Below are positions 1 through 13,342 of a stretch of 64,000 nt of DNA, piece after piece; position 1 is the stretch's first letter; every line of letters begins with the position of its first letter. The notes beneath the pieces are model-generated. The model saw only the letters and a program-made list of their open reading frames with translations. It was not told where the DNA came from and searched no databases. The position numbers and the translations under genes were made by a program. The DNA is from Eledone cirrhosa. Lineage: Eukaryota. The DNA lies in assembly GCA_964016885.1 (NCBI GenBank), contig OZ024741.1, positions 195,362,001 through 195,426,000 of the forward strand. Reading direction: 5' to 3'.

Positions 1-169
1 GCTCAATTACAGGATTGTAACTAGTCCAGGCGATCACCCTTTTTATGTCAATGGAGATATTGTGCATATTTTGTGTAAGCAGATATGGATGTAGATACAT
101 GTATGTAAGTATGTATGTATGTGTGTATGCATGCATGCATGTATGTATGCATGTGCATATGTGTGTATA

Positions 170-535
170 TGCGCGGGGACATAGAAATAATCGGGCTGGA
201 TACCCGATCACGCAGTTAAACCAATGGGAGTGGAGGACCCCTAGCCTTTGTCAAGGCATTCTTCTAGGAGAAGGCAACTCATGAAACTGGGATAACTCCG
301 ATATAAAACCTGCGGCTCAGTAGTTACCGATGATGTTGATCTTTTCTTCTTTTCGGATTATAGCTACTGTTGCTCAGAGAGTGGGACTGGCTCAGTGCAC
401 AGTCTTTCCTCACTTTAAAAATTCTTCACGTACAGGCATTGCATGATAGCATTAATTAATAATTATAAATAATGTTATAACGTGCAATGGCCATACTCGA
501 TAACGAGGGGGGTCAGTCATTATGTATGTATGTAT
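170..535 (+). mobile_element. Non-autonomous RTE-like short repeat (variant A) ending in an (ATGT)n tail
   Basis: Near-identical copy at 11720-12050. Shares CCTTTGTCAAGGC...CTAGGAGAAGG and GAGAGTGGGACTGGCT with 7368-7975. The 3' end GGCCATACTCG..CGAGGGG..CATT runs into (ATGT)n. Confidence 0.6.
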
Positions 536-539
536 GTTT

Positions 540-818
540 CCCTCTACTAGAAAGGTGCTGTGACAACAACTGGGGGCTTTTCACTCCCAGGTAAAGAGAA
601 AAACAAATTAAAATGTACTATTTGGATGGCCGTTGACTCTGCTGAGTTCCTCCGCCTTTTGCCGGGTCTTGTATTTCAGCCCGCAGAGTGTCCAAATATA
701 ACCCTCTTCATCAAGCAAGCCTGGTGGGGTTGCCGGTTTAGTTGCCGACGACCCGACCATCAGACAAGATGTACTGGCTTACATGTTATCAGTTTACCAC
801 TCGAGAGCTACCTGACAT
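540..818 (-). mobile_element. 5' portion of the RTE-like non-autonomous repeat
   Basis: Reverse complement aligns by eye with 7385-7560 (GGGTCGT.GGCAACTAAAC.GGCAACCCCACC ... GAGTCAA.GGCCATCCAA) and with 33230-33325. Confidence 0.55.
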
Positions 819-857
819 AAACAATTTCAGCAACCTGGCGTTTTTTGGTTTTCTTGG

Positions 858-2260
858 CCAAACAACTTCAGGAGAAATGCATTGAGCAGCGCATGGACTT
901 ATACCAAGTTTTTGTCGATCTGACCAAGGTATTTGACACTGTAAATCGAAAAGTTTTTTTTTACTTTGGAGAGATTGGGCTTTCCTGAAAAGTTGGTGAA
1001 CATACTCAAGCTCTTCCACGATGACATGCAGACATGGTTAAAAATTGGATGTAAACTGTCTGAGCCAATCTCGGTTGAAAATGGTGTCAAGGAAGGTAAT
1101 ATACTTGCACCAACTTTGTTTGTCTTGTATTTCGCAATGGTGTTCTTCATGGCCTTCAAGGATTGTCAACACGGTATCTATCTCAGATATCGCACTTCCG
1201 GCAAGCTGTTCAACCTCAGGTATCTCACTGCCAACATTAAGATAATGAGTACCTTGATCAGAGAATTTATGTATGCAAATGATTGTGATCTCTTTGCCCA
1301 CTCCCAGAATGACATTCTTTTTTCCAATGCGTGCAGTGCTTTGGGGCTGACAATCAGTCTGAAGAAGACTGTCGTCCTGTACCAACTTGCTCCGGATAAA
1401 GTTTTTAATTAACCCTCCATATATGTATACGGTCAAAAGTTGACGTTTGCTGGCATATTTGTGTATTTGGGGAGTATTCTGAGTATGACCTGCTCTCTGG
1501 ATGCAGAAGCTTATCGGCGTGTTAGCAAAGCAAGTGAGCCATTTGGAAGACTCAGTGACCGTCTGTGGTGCAGGTGAGGAATCACAATGAAGACCAAGGT
1601 GAAAATGTATACTGCATGTGTACTGTCAGCATTGCTGTATGCGTGTGAGACATGGGCTGCTTACAAACGGCATATCAAAAGACTGGAACGATTTCACCAG
1701 CAGTGTTTCAGAAAGATGCTTCGTATCAAGTGGCAGATGCATGTCAGTGATGCATAGGTCCTTGAAAGAAGTGAATGTCGGAGCATTGAAAGTATCATCC
1801 ACCAACGTCATTTGCAGAATCGAAGACGATCGATCCCGAAACAACTTTTGTATGGCGAAATGTGTAAAGGTAAGAGACCACCTCACAAGCCAAAGCTCCG
1901 ATTCAAAGATTGTGTAAAGGACTCATTGAAAAAAATGGTTTGATGGTGGCTGACTGGGAGATGGAATTGTGAATGATGGGGTCCATAATTTTGACAACAG
2001 ACGCATAGAGCACGAGAAGATCAAATGGGATGTGCACAAGCAATGCCCTGGTGTATCTCTTGAAACTATCGGTGTCTCCATTGAATTAGTGTACCCTGAG
2101 TGTGGAAAGATTTGCTTAAGCAAATCTGGTCTCAGGAGCCACAGTCACAGCCATATTCAGAGAAACAGTTAACTATGATCTCCACGGTATTGAAAAATGT
2201 AATCAATGTGGCAAAGAATATCGATCAGTAGCAGAGTTTGCAACCATTATGTATGTATGT
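858..2260 (+). pseudogene. 5'-truncated, frameshifted RTE-clade LINE (RT plus C-terminal C2H2)
   Basis: Translates to QLQEKCIEQ..FVDLTKVFDTVNR, NGVKEGNILAPTLF, FMYANDC (degenerate YADD) and PECGKICLSKSGLRSHSHSH. Ends GCAACCATT(ATGT)n. Confidence 0.9.
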
Positions 2261-2309
2261 ATGTATGTAGGTATGTATGTAGGTATGTATGTAGGTATGT
2301 ATGTAGGTA

Positions 2310-2465
2310 TGTGTCAATAATTGTCACAAGTGTAGTGTTTGTACCAGAGTTTTCAAGTCGCTGGCTGGACTAAAAAGTCACACTCATTCAGCGCATCGGT
2401 AGGGGTTCTCCTACATGGATATAAAGTAGTGGCCGTACTCGAAAACGAGTTGGCAGCCACCATGT
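2310..2465 (+). mobile_element. 3' fragment of the RTE-like non-autonomous repeat (variant B)
   Basis: Near-identical to 7822-7975 and 37072-37228; bounded by (TATG)n. Confidence 0.75.
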
Positions 2466-3614
2466 ATGTATGTATGTATGTATGTATGTATGTATGTATG
2501 TATGTATGTATGGTAGAGAATGTAAATCAGCAGGAGGGCTCAAACGACATGCAAAAGTACATGAACTCCAACCACAGCCGGTTATTCTCAGTAAATGTTT
2601 TGGTTGCCAACTCTGTGCAAGACATTTTAGATCATTGCTGGGCTAAAAAGCCACATTCGATCGCAGCACTGTTAATTGTTATCGATATGTATATGTGTGT
2701 GTGTGTATATATATTATTATTATTATTATTATTGTTATTATTATTGTCGTTATTAAAGAAATCATTATTTCGTGCAATGGCCATACTCGATGACGAGGGG
2801 GCAGCCATCATGTATGTATGGATGTATATAATGATCTCTTGTTACTCCAATATATAATTTCACCCTACTTTTCTAAATTCAAACGTGTATATCGTAAATA
2901 TGGAGCTTGAGCGAGGTTTTTCACCATTTCTATTCTTCTTCGCATTCTTTTGGAAACACGAATAAGATAAATAATGTTTTAACATTTCCATTAGCCATCC
3001 ATTATATATATATATATGTGTATGTGTGTGTACGTGTATGTGTGTATGTGTGTGTATAAACAGTCTATAGATACATGGAAATTCGCACACAAAGTATCGT
3101 ATGTATTTATGTTTTTTCTTAAAAAAGATTAATGACCAGTGTGTTGTTGGCATGTTTATCTACAAAATCCTTTTAATCTTACTGTGAGAACATATTTTAA
3201 CAATATCAGCTTTAATGAGTGACATTCTTCTTAAACTGCCGCAAACATTATTTGCTTTAAAAAGTGTGCAGTCGGCTTTCAGTTGACAAATTTCCATAGC
3301 GTTTTAATAGAAATGTGAACTAGAGACTGTTTAATCGAAAACATATGACTACATTCTATGATCTTGAAGAAAACCTCTGAACTAATTTGGTAGAATTGCC
3401 ATGAATCTTGGGTAGTGAGCGAAAGAATACGATCACAAATATAGGTAGCCAAAAAAGATCCTCCGAAGTGAGTCTGGAGTAACGTTACTCGACAGGATAC
3501 GGACATGTAGTTTGATAGTTTGAAAGACGAAGAAAAGAATCACAGGAAAGACGGCTGCTTTCGATAGGACACTCTGGAAGGTGTGTCTGAAGACTCTGAC
3601 CCCCACGACTCTCT

Positions 3615-3709
3615 GAAGAAGAAGAAGAAGAAGAAGAAGAAGAAGAAGAAGAAGAAGAAGAAGAAGAAGAAGAAGAAGAAGAAGAAGAAGAAGAAGAAGA
3701 AGAAGAAGA
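3615..3709 (+). repeat. (GAA)n microsatellite
   Basis: About 31 uninterrupted GAA units. Confidence 0.98.
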
Positions 3710-3760
3710 ATCTATGTAAGTATGTATGTATGTGTATATGTAAACATGCATGTATGTATG

Positions 3761-5230
3761 CCAAACTCCATTCCTATATCTTTCAAGAACATTATAATCA
3801 GGTCAAGGTTTTTCTTCATCCCGTTTATGTTTTTGGCATAGCGTTTCAGATAATCCACAAAGAAGTTATAGGCTAGGTTTGTATTCCTGTCCTCCTGTGA
3901 ACCAATTATGTATCCTTCACATTTCTTGAGCGGTAAGGACAAGGGGTTTTAAATGACAGAATAAACAGTATCACAAAGAGAGTGTCTCCTTGAAATATAC
4001 CCCTTCGATATTCTATTTATCAGTGAAAATGAAGTCCTCCTTCTCTGTTTTTAACTGTAGGATAGTATCCCAAGAAGAAGATAGGTTCTCTATGCCTCTG
4101 ATAATAGTGTTTGGGACTTAAGCGAGTCGGAGGGCTTCTATCATCCAAGAATGGGTAACAGAATCAAATGCCTTCATTTAGTCCAGCCAGATTATAACCA
4201 TATTCCTCCTACGTTGCCGCACCTCTGATATCGCGGTTTTGTTAATTAGGAGTTGTTATTCAGCACACTCCCCAAACACCTTTCTTCACAGCTGCTTGCT
4301 CATCTCTGATGATGTTATTATTGTCACAGTGATCTTGAAAAATTAGATTCAGCCAGGCTGTATACATTTTATGCATAGGGTTCTGGTATGCAATGGGCCT
4401 ATAATTTTTTGCCAAGTGGGTATTTGTGTTCTTTGGGACCAGTATTGTTTGTGCTAATGTCAACCATTCTGGTATATGTGCATCTCCCTTGACAGCCTGC
4501 TGGTAGATGTTAATCAGATACATCCGATATAATGTCAGATTTTTGTACCACTATCCGACAATCAAGTCTCTTCCTGGTGCTTTCTTACCTTGGAATTTTT
4601 TTTATCTCAGTCTTAATGGTACCATTATTTATGCTGTATGTTTTTGTTGTAGTGCATGGGCAGTAGTTCTTTTGGATCTCTTTTAGCCACACTGCATCTT
4701 AGTTGAATTTCTTCTCTTCATCCCATATTTTTCTAGTATCGAACTTTCTCAGACAGCTCTCAATTCTTGTTTCAGTGTGTACAGCTTATGTTGAACAGTT
4801 CTGGTTGTACTGTCTCCAAATATCGTTTCTATTTTATTTTTCACTCTTTATTGGCGAGGAGTGTAGTTTTTTTTTTTTTGTTTCTTCTTTTTTTTCTGTT
4901 TGCACGAGGAGAGCATAGTCATATATCCTATAGTTCCCGTAGGTCAGCAATCTTTTTTTCTATTTTAGTAATATATGATGGTATTTTTGGTGGTGTTTTG
5001 TTCTTGCTAATATCTCTGCTATCACTGAAGTTAATGTTTCAGTCGTTGCCAGGGCATATAAACAGGCATTGAGTTACTAACATGTAGGGGTTTTAATTCG
5101 TTGTAAATATTCACCCCCTATTTCATCAATAGCACGTAAGATTTCATTACTTGGTTTCATTTGTTTATATTATTGTTTTATATCGTTTCGCGAGAGAAAT
5201 GTTTATACATGAATTAATTTCTCTCTGGAA
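3761..5230 (-). pseudogene. Degenerate R4/Dong-like non-LTR fragment (family 3, RT region)
   Basis: IPEWLTLAQTILVPKN...NYRPIA, KKGVWG and NFFVDYLK motifs; homologous to 10612-11637. Confidence 0.85.
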
Positions 5231-5239
5231 AATTCAGCT

Positions 5240-5863
5240 GAGGGTATATTTCAATTGTTTGTACTCTTGATTTTCCAAGCCAATGGCAGACATATTATTA
5301 TTGACAGTGTTTTCCTTAACAGTCAAGATAGAATCAGTTGATACACGTGATGTAAATTTTCTTACCGGCATAGTTGTTTCAAGGGACTGTTTGTGTATTG
5401 CTGCTGTTGAGCCTGGCTGCCACAAAGTCTAGTAACATGATGACCTGTATCACATGTTGTTGATTGTATGTTTCATCTGAAGGACTTACAATAAATAATG
5501 TTCATGTTATTTTTAAATTCAACAAACATTGCTTGTTGGGCTGTGAAGTGATTTAGTTCTAGATGTATTTCGTTCCATTATAGCTTCATTCTGTTCATAT
5601 AGCCAACGGAGGCATTTTTTTTTTTACATTGTATAACAATTAAATAAATTGTTTGTAAGTTAATAACTCCAAGAAAAATGCGATTTATAATTTCGTTTCC
5701 TTCCATAGCTACTAAAGAAATTTAGTTTCACGTTGTTGTTTTTCTTCGGTACTCCACTAATGTTGTTGGTGTTGTGTTCAGCCATGCTGCTTGTAGAAAA
5801 TTCTTGTAAAATAAATTTAGTATTTAGTCGGATATCTCTAATTTGAATTAAAGGTGTCACCAG
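5240..5863 (-). mobile_element. Possible LTR-retrotransposon internal 5' remnant
   Basis: PBS-like TGGTGACACC on the minus strand followed by degenerate gag-like sequence. Weak support. Confidence 0.3.
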
Positions 5864-6000
5864 TGAGTATAATTAGAAGAATATCCAGTTGTTCAACACG
5901 ACTGGTATTTGTGGCATTACTGTCGGAGATAGTACTCAGCTTAAATTTAATGAATAGTCTCCTACGTCAATATGTGCGACTGGTCGCGTTGATATGTATG

Positions 6001-6267
6001 TGTAACGAAATCTGTCCACACCTTGACCCCTGGGTGACACTTAACGGTCAAATTCTGGGTTACCTCCTTTTTGGCATAAACAAATCTATACGTGGGCGAT
6101 CCCTCGAGGCAAGAGACAGAGGAAGCGACAGATATAAATAGCCTGTCTTAGACCAGGCAAAAGGCAGTTCGGAGGCAGTTCTTCATAGAATAACGATGTA
6201 AAACATTTGCTTTCTACAGACCCCTTGAGGTCTACAGACTTCTACAAACCTTTACTCTCTCTCTCTC

Positions 6268-6311
<44 letters not shown>

Positions 6312-6514
6312 GGTCTTACAGGCTCTCATCTTCTCTGGCCACAGACTATTTCACCATAACAGCAAAAACATCGACAACCTTTATAACTTGTAGTAACTTA
6401 TACCTTGTTCATTTATTAACTGAAGTGAAATAAATTTTGTATTTAAACGGAACCATCTATTTTGTCGGGTTATTTTACCTCTAACAACATTTATTAACTT
6501 CTCGCTTCGCTTCA
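6001..6514 (+). mobile_element. Solo LTR (Gypsy-like)
   Basis: TGTAACGAA...TTCGCTTCA termini, TATAAATA at about 6133, AATAAA at about 6429, flanked by a 4-bp TATG direct repeat. Confidence 0.7.
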
Positions 6515-6604
6515 TATGTATGTGTGTGTATGTATGTATGTATGTATGTATGTATGTATGTATGTATGTATGTATGTATGTATGTATGTATGTATGTATG
6601 TATG

Positions 6605-7318
6605 TTCTTCTGGTTTTATAATTTCACAAAGTTTTACCAATAGAGAGAGAGTCGGTTTCTAACATAGACACAAGACTCTCTCATTGGAATTTACACAACA
6701 TCAACTAGGTAGATATGTATGTATGTCTGCATGCATGCATGTGTAGGTATGGATGTTATTGTATGTGTGGATGTGTATATTTTGAGTTGTATGTGTGCAT
6801 GTGTATATGCTTTGTATCTGTACATGTGTATATGCAGTTATTAGATGCAACATTTTTGGAATGTTTTACATATTTTTACTGTTCCATTAATGGATTGTAC
6901 TTGTAGTTTCCTAACTAGTTGTGTTCTTTCTGTTCCTGTGAAGCCCAGCTTCTCAATATTTGTATTGAGGCAGTTACTAACATACCCCAGTGCCCCAATA
7001 ATCACAGGCATAAATCTGAAGGTGTAATCAGGGTGGAGTATCTGCAGATTTCTCATCAGTTCTGCATAAATATTCTCCTTTTCACTAATCTTTGATATTA
7101 TATTGGCATCTGCTGGGCAGCTAATTTCCACTACTGTGCATGTTTTCTTCTCCCTGTCCCATATCATAATATCTGGTCTGTTATGCCTGCATTTTATTGG
7201 GGTTTTTACTGGAACATTCCACCAGTACTCTTTCATATTATGTACATGGATGTCTTCCACATTGTTGTAGCTTTTAATGTGTTTATTATCGGGGCTATCT
7301 TTTTTACGAACTACATTG
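6605..7318 (-). pseudogene. 5'-truncated R4/Dong-like element, family 3 (RLE domain plus 3' UTR)
   Basis: ORF 6841-7260 has HNRPDIMIWD..VVEISCP..KE..Y..L and PVIIGALG (PD-(D/E)xK RLE). The 3' end AAACCAGAAGAA abuts (CATA)n; the 5' end lies close to (TATG)n. Confidence 0.9.
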
Positions 7319-7367
7319 GGCCCGTGGTACCATGTATGTATGTATGTATGTGTGTATGTATGTATGT

Positions 7368-7975
7368 CTAGTCACCAGTTGGTGCTACTGGTAACATGTA
7401 TCCCAGTACAACCTATCTCATGATCGGGTCGTTGGCAACTAAACTGGCAACCCCACCAAGGTTTCTTGGTGAGGAGGGTGACTTTGTACATTCCGCAGGA
7501 CTAAAAACAAAACCTGTCAAAGGGCAAAGGAGCTCTTAAGAGTCAATGGCCATCCAAAATCACCGGGAGAGATGACCCCTTAGCCTTTGTCAAGGCAGAA
7601 TTCTAGGAGAAGGAAAACTCTGATATAACACCTGCAACTCTGATGGTATTCAATGATGTTCACTTGTTCTTCTTTTTGGTAAATATCATCTTGTTTAAGA
7701 GAGTGGGACTGGCTTTGTGCAGTGCCTTTGCTCACTATAAAAGCTTCACGGCACAGGCATTGCTTTATATCTGGAGATCTCTCTGCACTTGTCGTCACAT
7801 GGTACCATGGGCCCAGCACTATGTGTCAATAATTGTCACAAGTGTAGTGTTTGTACCAGAGTTTTCATGTCGCTGGCTGGACTAAAAAGCCACACTCGTT
7901 AAGCGCATCGGTAGGGGTTCTCCTACATGGATATAAAGTAATGGCCGTACTCGAAAACGAGTTGGCAGCCACTAT
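7368..7975 (+). mobile_element. Apparently complete ~600-bp non-autonomous RTE-like element (variant B)
   Basis: RTE-type 5' UTR motif CTAGGAGAAGGAAAACTCTG; 3' end CTCGAAAACGAGTTGGCAGCCAC(ATGT)n resembles the RTE 3' end at about 2220-2260; no coding capacity. Confidence 0.65.
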
Positions 7976-7983
7976 GTATGCAT

Positions 7984-8017
<34 letters not shown>

Positions 8018-8114
8018 GTATGCATATATGTCTATGTGTGCATGTAACTATGTATGTATAAATGTATGAATGTATGTATATATTCATGTATATATATATA
8101 TACATCTATGTATG

Positions 8115-8397
8115 TGTAGTGGATAATTGATATTCTTTGTATGGTAGTTTGATGAAAAGAATAATGCCATGATTGAGTTGTTAACAACGTTTATTTTATA
8201 ATAACAATATTCACTTTGAACAACAAGTAATAATATTTATGACATGAATTATCCCTACATTATTTAGTTGACTAACTTCTACGAGTTAGCGTAAATGCAT
8301 GTATCAAGGAAAACGATATAGTAAATGTTGTGCTGTATCTTACAGATACAATATGACAGGAAGAATAGAATGAACGTAGAATGTAAACAAATCAAAC

Positions 8398-8479
<82 letters not shown>

Positions 8480-9790
8480 GGTGCGTGTGTGTGTGTGTCT
8501 ATTCTTCGAGACTGCTACTTTATGTATGGCTGTCTGGCTGTGTCTGTGGCCGATAAGGTGAGAGCCAGTAAGGGTAAAAGGTCTGCTGATGCCTACATAA
8601 TTATCTCTCACTGACTGTTGCTTCGGTCTCTCTGGGCCTTAGATTCCTTAACTCCTTGTATTTATAATAGTGCTATGGTTAGAAGGATGTGTATATGAGA
8701 TTGATTTATGATCAGCCATGTGGATATCGTCTCCCAGGAAGCTGGGATCAGAGGTCAAGTGGTATGTATGTTTATCATCGTTGACTTGACAGGACAACGG
8801 TGGGAAACTTTCCAATAATGGGTGGTCCCAGAGGGGAGAAACCTCAGATTCGGTTTCGAATCTCCGCCGGTAAAACATAGGAGTACTCCGTTATAGCATC
8901 CCCCTTCTAGTGAGAAAGCTAAGGATCGAACGATCAAGGTGTGTGTGAGGTTAAGATAGGTAGCATTGGCATGCGAGGTCGCTCTCGATGTGTAATTCGT
9001 ACAATACTTTCCCAGTGAGTCGGGGAAGTTGTTGGCGAGTCCGTTGGAGAAACGCTGGGAACTGGGGACAGGTCCTGTTCCATGAATGCTTTCCCAGTGA
9101 GTCGGAGAAGTGACTGGATTGAAGTTTTATGCTATATGACGATGAGCGTGCAACGAGATGCGAAGCTGTGTGAATCCAGCTGAATTGAGCAATTCTTGTG
9201 TTGCGGCCTGTGTGAGTCCAGGTGAATTAAGCTGCATGTATCGATAGCATGTTTCCGTACCTCAACCAGGTGAAAAGTAATCTCGCAGAGTACCAACACG
9301 AATCAAGAACATGTGAAAAGCGATCTCGAAGAATACCCACAGGAATCAAGAACATACACTATGGACAACAACATGTTGGTGTGTGACAAAGAAATGTGTG
9401 TGTGCATGCAGGCATATAATACAGTTTTAAAAATGTGTGCATGCAGGCATATAATACAGTTAAAAAAATGAATATGAATATATTGCCTGTAAAAAAAGAA
9501 GAAATAATTGGTTTTTAACAAACAGTTCAGTTTTTCTTTTCTTTGTGTGTCTGAGTCCTTTTTTTTTTAATTTCTTTGGTATAAGAATGTTATCGTTTCT
9601 TACTAGGAAGCTAGTAGAGTGGTCGTTGTTGTTGCTGTCGAAGAAGATGACAAAGCGATTTTCGCAGTGATGTATTTAGCACCGTTTTGAAGAGCATCGA
9701 AGCGAAGTCACGGTAAATCTTTTGTAGAATCGAAGTTTGGTAAATAGCTTGGAGTCACCATTATGCTCGTCAAGTCTGACGCACCTTAAT
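8115..9790 (-). mobile_element. Probable LTR-element remnants
   Basis: Minus-strand AATAAA and TATAAATA; PBS-like TGGTACTC (about 9295) and TGGTGACTCC (about 9760). No protein motif recognised. Confidence 0.3.
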
Positions 9791-9827
9791 GCGGTGAGAA
9801 AGCTGTGAGCTCGAATCATGTCGAATA

Positions 9828-11637
9828 TGCATGCATGTGTGTACAGGTATGGATTTTATTGTATGTGTGGATGTTTTGAGTTGTATGTGTGCATGTGCAT
9901 ATGCGTTGTATCTGTACATGTGTATATGCAGTTATTAGATGCAGAATTTTTGGAATGTTTTACATATTTCTATCGTTCCATTAATGGATTGTACTTGTAA
10001 TTTCCTAACTAGTAATATTCTTTCTGTTCCTGTGAAGCCCAGCTTCACAAAATTTGTATTGAGTCAGTTACTAACATATCCCAGTGCCCCAATAAACACA
10101 GGCATAAATCCGATGGTATAGTCAGGGTGGAGTATCTTAAGATTTCTCATTAGTTATGCATAGATATTCTCCTTTTCACTGATCTTTAATATTATATTGG
10201 CATCTGCTGGGCAGCTAACTTCACAACTGTACATGCCTTCTTTAAACTGTCCCATATCATTATATCTGATATGTTATGCTTGCACTTTATTGGGGTTTTG
10301 GCTGGAACATTCCACTAGTATTGTTTCATATTATGTATTTATATGTCTCCCACATTACTGTAACTTTTAATGTTTATTGTCGGGGCTATATTTTCTCCGG
10401 GTTGCATTGTACAAGATTTTATGTCTCATGCAGATAGACTTGTTAGAGAGACGGGCTCCTACGCTTCAAGCTTCGTAGATGTTGTCGGGGGGAAATGATG
10501 CGACATTCAAATGCTGTCTGGGTTGATGTTAGGCCTCTGCCGCCCTGCTTATGTGTCAAGTAGAGGCAGTCTATGTCTGTTGATGTGGAAGTTTCCGGTG
10601 TTGTTTAGTATTTATCGAGTCCTAACATCAATTGCTCGGATTTCCTCTATCGTCCAATTGAATATTCCAAACGTTGGTGTTAGGACAGGCACAGCAAACA
10701 CATTGTGAGCCACTGTTTTATTGTGCGCAGAGAATTCCGATGACCATATTTTTCTTAATAGGGTGTAATATTCCCTGGTTACGCGTTCCTTATTATAGAT
10801 ACCATTATAGGATATGTTCTCATCTATCCCCAGGTATCTGTAGCAGTCCTCATCAGATATCGGGGAAATAGTTAGGCCATCGATGACAATGCTGCTAGAT
10901 TGGGTTGTAGTTTTTCCCCAATTTACAGTCATATATGAACATTTATCTTGGCCAAACTCCATTCCTATATCCTTTGAGAATGTTGTAACCAGGTCAAGAT
11001 TTTTCTTCATCCCATCCATCTTCTTGGCATAGAGTTTCAGATCGTCCACAAAGAAATTATGGGTTAGGTTCGTATTTCTGTCCTTCTGTGAGCCAATGCT
11101 GTATCCACCACATTTCTTGAACAGAAAGGACAAGGGGTTTAATGACAGGATAAATAGTATCACAGAGAGACTGTCTCCATGAAATATACCCCTGTGATAT
11201 TCTATTTTATAGGGGAAAATAGAGTCCTCCCTCTCTGTCTTTAACCTTAGGATAGTAGCCCAAGAAGAAGACAGCTTCTCTATGGTTCTGATAATAATTT
11301 CTGGGACTTTAGCAAGTTGGAGGGCCTCTATCATCCAAGAGTGGGGGACAGAATCGAAAGCTTTCCTGTAGTCCAACCAGACTGTAACCATATTCCTCCT
11401 AAGTTGTTGCACCTCCGACATCGCAGTTTTGTTGATTAGGAGTTGTTCAGCACACACCCAAACCCCTTTCTTTCCAGCTGCTTGTTAATCTGTGATGATG
11501 TTATTATTTTCACAGTGATCTTGGAGGAATAGGTTCAGGCAGGCTGTATACATCTTATACATCAGTTTCTGGCATGCAATGGGTCGGTAGTTTTTTGCCA
11601 AGTGGGTGTCTTTGTTCTTGGAGACCAGTATTGTTTG
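9828..11637 (-). pseudogene. 5'-truncated, internally deleted R4/Dong-like element, family 3 (RT plus RLE)
   Basis: ORF 10612-11457 has WLDYRKAFDSVPHSW, RGIFHGDSLS, FFVDDLKLYA and YRYLGI. RLE remnant at 9930-10400. The 5' junction enters (TATG)n. Confidence 0.92.
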
Positions 11638-11719
11638 TATGTATGTATGTATGTATGTATGTATGTATGTATGTATGTATGTATGTATGTATGTATATGC
11701 ATGTGTGCATGTGTATGTA

Positions 11720-12055
11720 TATGCGCGGGGACATAGAAATAGTCGGGCTGGATAGCCGATCGCGCGGTTAAACCACTGGGAGTGAAGGACCCCTAGCCTT
11801 TGTCAAGGCATTCTTCTAGAAGGCAACTCAGGAAACTGGGATAACTCCGACTTAAAACCTGCAGCTCAGTAGTTACCGAGGATGTTGATCTTTTCTTCTT
11901 TTCAGGTTATAGCTTCTGTCGCTCAGAGAGTGGGATTTGCTCAGTGCACAGTCTTTCCTCACTTTAAAATAAATCTTCACGCACAGGCATTGCACGTTAG
12001 AATTAATTAATAATTAGTAATAATAGTGTATCGTGCAATGGCCATCATGTATGTA
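11720..12055 (+). mobile_element. Non-autonomous RTE-like short repeat (variant A)
   Basis: Copy of 170-535. Confidence 0.65.
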
Positions 12056-12393
12056 TATACCAACGATATATAAAAATGCTTTAATATTTTTTATCAAGTG
12101 TCCTCGCCGAATACTCGGTATCCATTGGCAATCACATATGAGTGCTGTAACGAACTCATTCTGAAAGTACTGAATCTCTCATGAGTCAATATAGATTGCC
12201 CTGGACAGATACCCCACTATCATTTTCTTTCTTTCCTTCACTAACCTTCCCTTACTACTCCTTCGAGTTTCTGTTCCCCGCCTATCCAAACTTTCCTGTC
12301 CGAAACGTCGAAACCCCCTCCATTTCCACCAAGCGTGAACCTAATATAACTTTGTAAAAATTGCCTCCTGTGTTTTGTTGGTTCATTTTTCAA

Positions 12394-12458
<65 letters not shown>

Positions 12459-12681
12459 TCTAGAATTTTTCCAATGTAAACTGATAGGAAATCTAAAAGT
12501 AAATATAGTCCTGTAGAAGCCATTTCTATATCTGTTAGAACACGAAAAGTGTGAAACAACAGAATGTTCACTTTTCGTGTTCTAACATATATGCCTAACT
12601 TCTTCATAAATTTTCCGGGGATAGCCGTGGTGGTGGTGATCGTATGTCATTGGCTAATTTTCAACCAATCAGAGTAAGTGT

Positions 12682-12729
<48 letters not shown>

Positions 12730-13304
12730 TATTCCCCCTCTCTATATATATATCTTTACGCTTTCGCTTTACACTCCTCCCCTTCAATAACACATTTCCC
12801 CCTCTCTATATATCTCTTATACTGTTACACTTATATTTCTACTTATTTATTACCCCCTCTCTCTATATCTCTTCCACTGTTACTTACGCCTGTTTCTCTC
12901 TATCTGTTCCGTCTCTATATATATCTCTCTTACTCTTTCGCTTTGCACTCCTCCCCTTCAATACCATCTCTCCCCCTCTCTATATATTTGTTACTCTATC
13001 GCTGCACGCTCCTCTCCTTCAATATATCAATTACACACGCTTTACACTCCTTTATCCCCAGCGCCCCTATATATACACCCCCCCCCCCCGCATCTATATT
13101 TTAATGTTCCGTTGCACCGTGAATATATGTGTCTATATATATATACATATATATTGTATATACACATTCATGTATGTGTATACACACTCATGTATGTATA
13201 TACACTGGTTTTATGTGTGTATTGTAAATTTGTACTGTTAAAACACGAAACTAACATTCGATTGACACTTTGATTACCTGTACAGGCAATAGTTATTAGA
13301 ATGC

Positions 13305-13342
13305 TGTTGAAGTGTGTATATATTTTTGGGGGACATCCTGTA
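13305..13342 (-). mobile_element. Tc1/Mariner-type TIR remnant
   Basis: Minus strand reads TA|CAGGATGTCCCCCAAAAATATATACAC. Confidence 0.4.
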
